Below, in pieces: positions 16,801 through 23,936 of a DNA stretch of 32,000 nucleotides. The stretch is taken from positions 660,001 to 692,000 of the forward strand of contig NC_013967.1 in assembly GCF_000025685.1 (NCBI RefSeq), written 5' to 3'. Position 1 is the first letter of the stretch; every line of letters begins with the position of its first letter. Source of the stretch: Haloferax volcanii DS2 (GTDB lineage: Archaea > Halobacteriota > Halobacteria > Halobacteriales > Haloferacaceae). The position numbers and the translations under genes were made by a program. The notes beneath the pieces are model-generated. The model did no database searches and was not told the DNA's origin. It saw only the letters and a program-made list of their open reading frames with translations.

Positions 16801-16859
16801 AGGGGTGGCAGGGCGGCCCCGGCTGTACCGTCGCGGCCGACTGCCCGCTCGACGAGTAG
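13803..16859 (+). CDS. Large (~1018 aa) sequon-rich extracellular protein with a class III-like N-terminus, pilus-associated (unknown family)
   Basis: This is the real part of the 1864-aa track ORF. The upstream 846 codons are Arg/Pro-rich and overlap genes in other frames. The GTG at 13803 forms a GTGA overlap with the upstream stop; an alternative GTG lies at 13794. The N-terminus is RLAADDRGRVPFALLGVLLLVGSATF. The protein has about 18 N-x-S/T sequons, and its C-terminus GGPGCTVAADCPLDE carries a Cys pair. Confidence 0.65.
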   Translation: MRLAADDRGRVPFALLGVLLLVGSATFSGALSAHDPVADRRVDDAMDRATAQADAAVRAAVGDAAREAAANPVTSPANTTAGRLLSDEHTFRDYLRLRIALAATERLRAVSVGRGDVNATATLPRPTNESSLRDAMDRVSISSRENGTVLVATVENVSVEVARGGRTVAADSVTTTVGVRTPVLALHDRTESFERRLDANALDGGTLDATVTTALWASAWTRGWSQYAGAPVDNVVSNDHAALATNAGVLLAEQQAFGATDADARGATGRDAVRVGAQSLLSQTGAPAAPELANALPAPNPDAESPASEVPTNRTINASVGSAADHALVGLLDGRGDAPAYDDVVADAHRAGVEIDAETDVLSRTEDPSENSGRGWTLVSISTDTSSSAETVPTRTPAVDADTVVVDAGSRIVTTVETTTRTFRRGNETLQTEARTETRTRVDLAAVVDPAAVSAPVRPIDPAATSGGALDGENFAAAADAAADMVVTRGGFDDIACDVVTGIPPEPRQTTAPMAAGLDRWVRSDLIALADRVRDRRVTVSARRVAAGEVNPAAELASDLRADRSDLVDAPAAYDGVADRARVTVRATYLDRVLATLDRRANQTAAASDAANNESKDAEFGSLSEAVRAEEVARAALGDSRADGANGTANESGVRFVPDADPMYLSLGGLDGAAVPTVARGGTYHPLVARNTNLFTLPYGDAADTVLEPLFGANRRVPLRVAARTLLAADSTLENTNATNETLADRRDRLETAVDRSVVPAEEAARHTLRDHTNHSVTERQRILERSLGAWDDPARRALAITNGSAARAIAVEAAAPGTVEADLLELRLDDAFRAVRSDRSTTVPQRLTNRTVETTRTARQQAVSDTATDAAMSATEDAVADRLNDTLDSRFDTSFKRIPAGMPVAPVPGSWYATVNVWDVAVAGEFAQFRVHARGDAESLTYARDGSTVALDWDDDGTAETVGRGDRVSFDVETTIVVAVPPSGVGVGDIDGNADERSEGWQGGPGCTVAADCPLDE

Positions 16860-16917
16860 CCGCCAATACGACCCGAGTGGCAACCGTTTTGCCGCCGGAA
16901 CGCCGAACCCGCGGTGT

Positions 16918-17337
16918 ATGTTGCACGACGCCGCCGCGGAGCCCGGAACCCTCTCGGCCGACGAGTTGCGGGCCGCCTACGGGGACGAGATTCGCCGCGC
17001 AGTCGACGCCGCAGGGACGGAGCCGGCCGCCGAGGCCGCGGGCGTCTCGGAAGCCGCGCTCTCGAACGGCGTGTTGGACCTCACGCTCGAACAGGCCGCC
17101 GCCGTCCTCGAACTCGCCGACGGCAACCCCGACGCCGACGCCATCATCTGGGAGTTCCGCGACCACCTCCTCATGGGCATGACGAGCGGCATCCTCGACG
17201 TGGACACGCTCGCGTCCGAGGTCGACCTCGACCTCTCCGGACAGGAGATTCAGCAGGCCATCGAGGGCCGCACCGCCGCCACGCTGAACGAACTGGCCGC
17301 CATCCACCACGTCATCGCCGTCCGAAACGAGCGATGA
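16918..17337 (+). CDS. Conserved acidic hypothetical protein
   Basis: The internal ATG at 16918 of the track ORF gives 139 aa (MLHDAAAEPGTLSADELRAAYG...). The region upstream of it is Arg/Pro-rich junk overlapping the previous gene. The stop overlaps the next gene's start (ATGA at 17334-17337). Confidence 0.55.
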   Translation: MLHDAAAEPGTLSADELRAAYGDEIRRAVDAAGTEPAAEAAGVSEAALSNGVLDLTLEQAAAVLELADGNPDADAIIWEFRDHLLMGMTSGILDVDTLASEVDLDLSGQEIQQAIEGRTAATLNELAAIHHVIAVRNER

Positions 17338-18230
17338 GAGTCGCCGTCCTCGGCTGTGGCTACGTCGGCCTCGAACTCGCCCGCACGCTCGTCGCCGACG
17401 GCCACGACGTGTGGGGCGTCCGCCGCTCCGACGACGGCCTCGACGCCGTCGAAGCCACCGGCGCGGAAGCGGTTCGCGCCGACGTGACCGATGCCGACTC
17501 CCTCGGAGCGGTCCCCGACGTGGACCACGTCGTCTTCGCCGCGAGTTCCGGCGGCCGCGGAGCCGACGCCGCCCGGGCCGTCTTCGTCGAGGGTCTCCGA
17601 ACGGCAATCGACCAGTTCGCCGCGCGCGACTCGCCGCCAGAGCGCCTCGTCTACACGTCGAGCACGGGCGTCTACGGCGACCACGGCGGCGACTTCGTCG
17701 ACGAATCGACGCCGCTCGACCCGACGACCGACAAGACGCGCGTCCTCGCGGAGGCCGAGCGCGTCGCCCGCGAGTACGCCGCCGAGCGTGGAGTCGAGGG
17801 AACGGTCACCCGGTTCGCCGGGCTCTACGGCCCCGACCGCTACCGGCTCGAACGCTACCTGAACGGCCCGGTCACCGCGGGTTACCTCAACATGGTCCAC
17901 CGGGACGACGCCGCGGGCGTCGTCGCGTCCCTCCTCGAAACCGACCGCGCCCGCGACGACACCGTCCTCGTCGTCGACGACGAACCCGTCTCGAAACACG
18001 AGTTCGCGGACTGGCTGGCCGACGAGTGCGGCGTCCCGCGCCCCGAAAAGCGCACGAAGGAAGAACGCCTCGACGCGGGCGACCTCTCGGCGGCCGCTCG
18101 CCGCCGCATCCTGACGAGCAAGCGCTGTTCGAACGACTACCTCCGCGAACTCGGCTATTCGTTCGCGTATCCGACGTATCGGGAGGGTTACCGGGCGGCA
18201 ATCGACGCCTACCGAGCCGACGGCGACTGA
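17334..18230 (+). CDS. NAD(P)-dependent epimerase/dehydratase-type SDR family oxidoreductase
   Basis: 298 aa starting at the internal ATG. The Rossmann motif is MRVAVLGCGYVGLELARTL. The YTSSTGVYGD block is typical of extended SDRs. Confidence 0.75.
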   Translation: MRVAVLGCGYVGLELARTLVADGHDVWGVRRSDDGLDAVEATGAEAVRADVTDADSLGAVPDVDHVVFAASSGGRGADAARAVFVEGLRTAIDQFAARDSPPERLVYTSSTGVYGDHGGDFVDESTPLDPTTDKTRVLAEAERVAREYAAERGVEGTVTRFAGLYGPDRYRLERYLNGPVTAGYLNMVHRDDAAGVVASLLETDRARDDTVLVVDDEPVSKHEFADWLADECGVPRPEKRTKEERLDAGDLSAAARRRILTSKRCSNDYLRELGYSFAYPTYREGYRAAIDAYRADGD

Positions 18231-18331
18231 CCGTATTCGGGGGACGACAGGTTCGAACCGCCGAAATTCTGTCACTCAGGACAGTTCGATTAGGGGGAAT
18301 ATTCATACGGTAGGCCCCGGTCGTGTTGTGT

Positions 18332-19516
18332 ATGTTCGGTCCGGTGGGGCAGTTCGACACGGGTGCTATCTTCGAGTCTCTCGACTCGTTCGTGCGAACC
18401 CACCCCGAAATCGCGGCGGCGCTCGTCGTCGCGCTCGGAGCCCTCGCGCTCGTCGTCTACGCCGCGATTCGGTTCAAGCGGCCGATGGGCACGCGCTTCG
18501 CTGAGGCGCTGGAGGGCGTCGACGAAATCGCCGTCCTCATGCACCCGAACCCGGACCCCGACGCCATGGCCGCGGCAATCGGCGTGGCCTGTCTCGCAGA
18601 ACAGGTCGGCACCACACCGACCATCCAGTTCGCCGGCCAGATTCGACACCAAGAAAATCGCGCGTTCCGAACCGTTCTCGACCTCGACTTAGACCCAATC
18701 GACCACGTGAGCGACCTCGCCGCCGAAGCGGTCGTCCTCGTCGACCACAACGAACCGCGCGGCTTCGCGGGCGCGGAGGGCATCCTCCCCTACGCGGTCG
18801 TCGACCACCATCCCGGCGACGGGACCGGCGAGGCCTTCACCGACGTGCGCACCGACTACGGCGCGTGTTCGAGCATCGTCGCCGAGTACTTCCGCGACGT
18901 GGGCGCGAAACCCGTCCCGCCGGACATGCACGCCAGCGAGGTGAACGCCTCGTACACCGTCCCCTCGCAGGTCGCGACGGGCCTCGTCTACGGGATTCTC
19001 ACGGACACCAAACACCTCACTGCGGGCTGTTCGGCCGCCGACTTCGACGCCGCCGGCTTCCTCTTCCCCGGCGTCAACGAGGACCACCTCGACCGCATCG
19101 CCAATCCCGAGGTCTCCCGCGAGGTGCTGGAGGCGAAGGCGCGGGCCATCGCCGGCCGCGACGTGCGCGGTCCCTTCGCGGTCGCCGACATCGGCACCAT
19201 CTCGAACGTCGACGCCATCCCGCAGGCGGCCGACGAACTCATCCAACTCGAGGGCGTCACCGCGGCGGTCGTCTGCGGCGAGCGCGAGAGCAACGTCTAC
19301 CTCTCGGGTCGCTCCCGCGACGACCGGGTTCACATGGGTCGGACGCTGGAGGCCGCCCTCGACCACTACCGCGGGTCGAGCGCCGGCGGCCACGCCCGGA
19401 TGGGCGGCGGCCAGATAATCCGGCCCGACGCCGTCACCGACGGCGGCAACGGCGAGTCCGTCCCCCGCGACGAACTTGTCGAACACATCTTCGAGGCGCT
19501 CTCGGGCGATATCTGA
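18332..19516 (+). CDS. DHH-family phosphoesterase (NrnA/RecJ-like fold) with an N-terminal membrane helix
   Basis: Motifs HPNPDPDAMAAA, VLVDHN, VVDHHPG and GGGHARMGGG. The track starts at GTG 18323. ATG 18332 is preferred because AATATTCA at 18298-18305 lies about 26 nt upstream. The N-terminal helix is AAALVVALGALALVVYAAI. Confidence 0.75.
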   Translation: MFGPVGQFDTGAIFESLDSFVRTHPEIAAALVVALGALALVVYAAIRFKRPMGTRFAEALEGVDEIAVLMHPNPDPDAMAAAIGVACLAEQVGTTPTIQFAGQIRHQENRAFRTVLDLDLDPIDHVSDLAAEAVVLVDHNEPRGFAGAEGILPYAVVDHHPGDGTGEAFTDVRTDYGACSSIVAEYFRDVGAKPVPPDMHASEVNASYTVPSQVATGLVYGILTDTKHLTAGCSAADFDAAGFLFPGVNEDHLDRIANPEVSREVLEAKARAIAGRDVRGPFAVADIGTISNVDAIPQAADELIQLEGVTAAVVCGERESNVYLSGRSRDDRVHMGRTLEAALDHYRGSSAGGHARMGGGQIIRPDAVTDGGNGESVPRDELVEHIFEALSGDI

Positions 19517-19520
19517 CTCT

Positions 19521-19573
19521 CGGACCGGACCGAATCGGACCGGACCGGGACCACTATCGCGGACCCGGACCGG
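19521..19573. repeat. Degenerate pentanucleotide (CGGAC)n tract
   Basis: CGGAC CGGAC CGAAT CGGAC CGGAC CGGGA at 19521-19550, then CGGAC-C-CGGAC at 19560-19570. It contains CGGACCGGGACCAC at 19541-19554, which is one inserted C away from the pilus-locus promoter box. Confidence 0.6.
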
Positions 19574-19607
19574 TGGCCCTTAACAGCCGGCCGCCGTAGC
19601 CCCGCCC

Positions 19608-20699
19608 ATGGCTACAGGACGGGCGACGTGGGCCTACCGCGACCGGTTCGGCGACAGTTTCGGCCGCACCTTCTACCGCCGGTTCGGCCCCGGCGTCGTC
19701 TCCAGTATCGGCATCGGAACCTACCTCGGCGAGCCGACAGACGCGGTCGACGACCGCTACCGCGAGTCGCTCGTCTCCGCGCTCGAACACGGCGTCAACC
19801 TCGTCGATACCGCGTCGAACTACCGCCACGGGCGCGCAGAGCGGGTCGTCGGCGACGCGGTCCGCGGGGCCGACGTCGACCGCGACGCCGTCGTCGTCGC
19901 CTCGAAGGCCGGGTTCGTCCCCTTCGACCGCGAGCGCCCCGACGACCCCGGCGCGTACGTCCGCGAGACGGTCCTCGACGCCGGCCTCGCCGACCCCGAC
20001 GAACTCGCACACGGCAGTCACACCATCGCGCCCGCCTTCGTCGACGAGATGGTCGACCGCTCGCTCGACCTGACGGGACTGGACCACGTCGACTGCTACT
20101 ACCTCCACAACCCCGAGACGCAGTTGGCCGTCACCGACCGCGAGACGGTGTACGACCGCGTCGAGGCCGCCTTCGAGGTGCTCGAACGCCGGGTCGCCGC
20201 CGACGACATCGGTCGGTACGGCGTCGCAACGTGGGAGGCGCTCCGGGTCGCACCCGACCACGACGCCTACCTGTCGCTGCCCGAACTCGTCCGTCGGGCG
20301 GAGCGCGCGGCCGAGACCGTCGGCAACGACGACCACTCGCTCGAAGCGATTCAGCTCCCGTTCAACGTCGTGATGGCCGACGCGTTCACCGTCGAGGCCC
20401 ACGACACCGACGCGGGCGAGGCGATGAGCGCGCTCTGGTACGCCCACGAACACGGCCTGCACGCCTTCACGAGCGCCAGCCTCGCGCAGGGCGACCTCGC
20501 CGCCGAGATTCCGGCGTCGGTGAACTCGGTGCTCGCGGGCGACACGGCGGCTCAGCGGGCGCTCAACTTCTCGCGGAGCGCGCCCGGCGTGACCGCGGCG
20601 CTCGTCGGCGCATCGTCGGTAGAACACGTCGCGGAGAACGTCGCGGCCGGCACGTTCGACCCCCTCGGGGCGCGGACGTTCGATTCGGTCTTCGAGTGA
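19608..20699 (+). CDS. Aldo/keto reductase family oxidoreductase
   Basis: 363 aa. IGIGTYLG, LVDTASNYRHGRAERVVG and YYLHNPE are typical AKR blocks. Confidence 0.85.
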   Translation: MATGRATWAYRDRFGDSFGRTFYRRFGPGVVSSIGIGTYLGEPTDAVDDRYRESLVSALEHGVNLVDTASNYRHGRAERVVGDAVRGADVDRDAVVVASKAGFVPFDRERPDDPGAYVRETVLDAGLADPDELAHGSHTIAPAFVDEMVDRSLDLTGLDHVDCYYLHNPETQLAVTDRETVYDRVEAAFEVLERRVAADDIGRYGVATWEALRVAPDHDAYLSLPELVRRAERAAETVGNDDHSLEAIQLPFNVVMADAFTVEAHDTDAGEAMSALWYAHEHGLHAFTSASLAQGDLAAEIPASVNSVLAGDTAAQRALNFSRSAPGVTAALVGASSVEHVAENVAAGTFDPLGARTFDSVFE

Positions 20700-20744
20700 G
20701 CAGTCGCCCCCGTTCTCGGACGGCCGCTTTCGGTCGACTCGCGG

Positions 20745-20915
20745 TTATCTGAGTTCCTTCCACTCGCGCCCGCAGTCGGCGCAGATACGGACCGAGAACA
20801 CCTCGTCGGGGTCGTTTTTCTTCTTCAGCGACTCGCCGCACTCGGAGCAGGTCAGCCGTCCGTAGGTGTCTTTTTCCAACTCCCCGTCTCGAAGCCCCTT
20901 CCGCGTTGTCTTCAT
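20745..20915 (-). CDS. 56-aa zinc-finger/zinc-ribbon microprotein
   Basis: This is the C-terminal real part of a 332-aa shadow ORF: MKTTRKGLRDGELEKDTYGRLTCSECGESLKKKNDPDEVFSVRICADCGREWKELR (CxxC...CxxC). A minus-strand TTTTTATG at 20938-20945 lies 22 nt upstream of the ATG, the leaderless architecture. Confidence 0.6.
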   Translation of the reverse strand: MKTTRKGLRDGELEKDTYGRLTCSECGESLKKKNDPDEVFSVRICADCGREWKELR

Positions 20916-21036
20916 ACGCTCCCGTTTGTGCAACGAACATAAAAACCCGACGACAATCCCCGTTTTCGACCCGCACGACGCCCCGCGGTCTCGTTCAGCC
21001 GAAACTGTTGTCACCTCGCGGCGCGCGGTTCCGTCC

Positions 21037-22233
21037 GTGTCACGTGGCCGCCTCTTCGGAACGCTCTGCGGGATGGTGTTACTCGTCAATCTCGCTCGGG
21101 TCGTCTTCGCACCGCTTCTCGGGGAGTTCATTCTCTTTTTCGAGGTCGACCGGGCCACCGTCGGCATCGTCGCCACCCTCGTCTGGCTCGGGAGCGCCGC
21201 CCTCCGCGTCCCGACCGGTTGGCTGCTCACCCGCGTGCCGAGACATCGCGTGGTGCTCGGGACCGGCGTCGTCCTCGTCGTCGCCTCGGGCGTGACCGCC
21301 AGCGCGACCACCATCGAGGCGCTGATGGTCGGCGCGGTCTCGATGGGGCTCGCCTCGGGCGCGTACTTCGTCGCCGCCAACCCGCTCGTGAGCGAGCTGT
21401 TTCCCGACCGCGTCGGCCGCGCGATGGGCATCCACGGCACCGCCAGCCAGCTCGCGGCCGTCGGCGTCGCCCCCTTCGTCACGCTCGTCCTCGCGGTCGG
21501 CCCCGACCTCGTCGACCGCCTCCCGTTCGTCTCCGCGGCGTGGCAGCTCGTCTTCGTCTGCGTCGGCCTCGCGGCCGCCGTCGTGACGCTCGCGCTGTTC
21601 GTCACGGCCCGCTCGACGGACCTCCCGGACGCGGGCGCGGCCGACCGCGACCTCCTCGGCGCGGCCCGCACGGAGTGGCGGGTCGTCCTCACCGGCATCG
21701 TCATCCTCGGCTTCACCGGCTTCGTCTGGCAGGGGCTGTTCAACTTCTACGAGCTGTACATGGTGTCGAAGGGGCTGCCGGCGACGACGGCGCGAAACAT
21801 GCTGACGGTCGTCTTCGGCGCGGGCGTGCCGGCGTTTTTCCTCTCGGGGCGACTCGCGGACAAGCTTCCGCGCATCCCCTACATCCTCGGCGTGCTCGTC
21901 TCCTTCGTCGTCTCGGTGTTCGTCCTCACGATGACGTCGAGCCTCGTCGGTCTCATCGTCGTCACCGCGGTCGTCGGCTACGTCATCCACAGCCTCTTTC
22001 CGGCGCTCGACGCCTACCTGCTCGACACGCTGCCCGACGAGAGCCGCGGGAGCGCCTACTCGGTGTACTCGTTCGGCATGATGATATTCCAGGCAAGCGG
22101 GTCGGGCGTGGTCGGCACCCTGACCGACTTCGGCTACGCGTTCGACGAGGTGTTCTTCTGGTTCTCGGTCGGGCTGGCGGTCGTCGTCACGGGCCTCATC
22201 GTCTTCCAGCGCGCCGGGCGCATCCCGAATTGA
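21037..22233 (+). CDS. MFS transporter
   Basis: About 12 hydrophobic segments. MFS motif-A-like loops are LFPDRVGRAMG and LSGRLADKLPR. The start is uncertain: GTG 21037 or ATG 21073. The track start at 20866 overlaps the divergent promoter and encodes a non-MFS-like basic peptide. Confidence 0.8.
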   Translation: MSRGRLFGTLCGMVLLVNLARVVFAPLLGEFILFFEVDRATVGIVATLVWLGSAALRVPTGWLLTRVPRHRVVLGTGVVLVVASGVTASATTIEALMVGAVSMGLASGAYFVAANPLVSELFPDRVGRAMGIHGTASQLAAVGVAPFVTLVLAVGPDLVDRLPFVSAAWQLVFVCVGLAAAVVTLALFVTARSTDLPDAGAADRDLLGAARTEWRVVLTGIVILGFTGFVWQGLFNFYELYMVSKGLPATTARNMLTVVFGAGVPAFFLSGRLADKLPRIPYILGVLVSFVVSVFVLTMTSSLVGLIVVTAVVGYVIHSLFPALDAYLLDTLPDESRGSAYSVYSFGMMIFQASGSGVVGTLTDFGYAFDEVFFWFSVGLAVVVTGLIVFQRAGRIPN

Positions 22234-22315
22234 ACGGTCGGCGGTGGTCGCGCGAAGTCGGCAGCCGACTCGGCTCTCGCCGCACTTTTGCTCGCCCGGT
22301 CCCACGGCCGACACG

Positions 22316-23422
22316 ATGGAGTACGTACAAGAGCGGGTCACGACGCTCCACGACCTCTCCGGCTCGGTCCCCGACGCCCCGACCGACCGCGCGGCCGTGG
22401 TCGTGCCGATGACGGAGCGGGAGTACGCCGGCCTCGCGGCCGACCGGGTGCTGTCGACGCTGGAGTCGCTCTCGCCCGCGCGGGTCGTCGTCCCCCTCCG
22501 TGCACCCGCCGACCGGGTCGCCCCGTTCGCCGACTGGCTCGACGAGTACGACCTACCGCTCGACGTGCTGTGGTGCGACGGCCCCCGCGTCGCCGACCTC
22601 CTCGACTCCCACGGCCTCGACGGCGAGCGGGGCAAGGGCCGCGACGTGTGGCTCGCGCTCGGCTGCGCCGCCCGCGAGGAGTACGTCGTCGTCCACGACG
22701 CGGACACGAAGACCTACGACGAGCGCTACGTCCCGCGGCTTCTGTTCCCGCTCGCGCACGGCCACGACTTCTCGAAAGGCTACTACGCCCGCGTCGAGGA
22801 GGAGCGGCTCTACGGCCGACTGTTCAGGCTGTTTTACGCCCCGCTCGTCCGCGCGCTTGAAGCCGAGACCGACGCCCCCATCGTCCGGTATCTCGACTCG
22901 TTTCGGTACGCGCTGGCCGGGGAGTTCGCCGCCACGTCCGACCTCGCGGTGCGGATGCGGTCGCCGCGGAAGTGGGGACTCGAAGTCGGAACCCTCGGCG
23001 ACGCCTTCGCCCACGCCGGCTTCGACCGGAGCGCGCAGGTCGACCTCGGCGAGTACGAACACGACCACCGCTCCGTGAGCGGCCCGACCGGCCTCTCGGA
23101 CATGAGCGAGTCGGTCGGGCGGACGCTCCTCAGAGCGGTCGTCGAACACGGCGGGAGCGTCGAGTTCGACACGCTCGCGGAGCGCTACCGCGAGGCCGGA
23201 CACCGGCTGGTCGAGCAGTACGCGGTCGACGCGGCGTTCAACGGCTTCGACTACGACCGCGGCGACGAGCGCGAGCAGGTCGCCACCTACGCCGATGCCA
23301 TCTCGAAACCCGGCGAGGACACGCGGCTCCCGGCGTGGAACGACACGTCGCTGTCGCCCGACGAGGTGCTCGCCGCCGCGGGCGACGACCTCGACGACGT
23401 TCGGGAGGGCGCGGGCCGATGA
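22316..23422 (+). CDS. GT-A fold glycosyltransferase, glucosyl-/mannosyl-3-phosphoglycerate-synthase-like
   Basis: 368 aa from the internal ATG 22316. GKGRDVWLALG followed by VVVHDADTKTY (DxD) and YGRLFRLFYAPL resemble GpgS/MpgS-type retaining transferases. The substrate assignment is not secure. Confidence 0.55.
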   Translation: MEYVQERVTTLHDLSGSVPDAPTDRAAVVVPMTEREYAGLAADRVLSTLESLSPARVVVPLRAPADRVAPFADWLDEYDLPLDVLWCDGPRVADLLDSHGLDGERGKGRDVWLALGCAAREEYVVVHDADTKTYDERYVPRLLFPLAHGHDFSKGYYARVEEERLYGRLFRLFYAPLVRALEAETDAPIVRYLDSFRYALAGEFAATSDLAVRMRSPRKWGLEVGTLGDAFAHAGFDRSAQVDLGEYEHDHRSVSGPTGLSDMSESVGRTLLRAVVEHGGSVEFDTLAERYREAGHRLVEQYAVDAAFNGFDYDRGDEREQVATYADAISKPGEDTRLPAWNDTSLSPDEVLAAAGDDLDDVREGAGR

Positions 23423-23907
23423 GCGAGGCGACCTACGACGACCTCGCGGGCGTCGTCGACCTCTTCGGGGCGCTCACCCGCGAGGAACTGGAGACCGCGC
23501 TGGACGAACTCGCGTTCAAGCAGGGTCGCGAGACCGACGGCGACGCGCTGTCGGGCGCGATTTCCGACGCGGTCGACGCCTACTACCTCGTCCCCTACGA
23601 GGACGACGAGACGGACGCGGAGCTTCTGACGGTCGGCCCGATGGCGTTTCCGACGCTCCCCGACCGGGCGGAGGACCTGCCGCACATCCTCGATTACCCG
23701 ACCCGCGAGGTGCCGCGGGACGAACTCGCGACGCAGGTCGAATCCCGCCTCCGAGCGGCGGCCGCGAGCGCGGTGCAGACGGGCGACGCCGACGAAATCG
23801 AGCGTCTGCTGGACGTGACGTACGACCTCGAAGCGTGGGCCGACACCGACGTGGGGTCGATTCGCGAGCGCCTCGACGCCGCGCTGGACGCGGAGGGGCA
23901 GGCCTAA
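23419..23907 (+). CDS. Conserved highly acidic hypothetical protein
   Basis: 162 aa from the ATG that overlaps the glycosyltransferase stop (ATGA at 23419-23422). It has typical halophilic acidic composition and no recognisable motif. Confidence 0.55.
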   Translation: MSEATYDDLAGVVDLFGALTREELETALDELAFKQGRETDGDALSGAISDAVDAYYLVPYEDDETDAELLTVGPMAFPTLPDRAEDLPHILDYPTREVPRDELATQVESRLRAAAASAVQTGDADEIERLLDVTYDLEAWADTDVGSIRERLDAALDAEGQA

Positions 23908-23936
23908 GTCGCGGCATCGCTTTACGAACCGTGACG

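Noticed and set aside
11265-16859. 1864-aa ORF, the longest in the track
   Set aside because: The first ~846 codons are Arg/Pro/Gly-rich. They run in an alternative frame through the platform gene and the three small pilin-like genes, which have far more protein-like translations. Only the part from GTG 13803 looks real (hydrophobic N-terminus, acidic composition). This is a typical high-GC frame artefact.
18231-18322. GGTTCGAACCGCC resembling a tRNA T-arm, plus GACAG/CTGTC hairpins
   Set aside because: The 92-nt gap cannot be folded into a cloverleaf. There is no acceptor stem or anticodon arm and no matching 5' end. It is more likely terminator or promoter spacer sequence.
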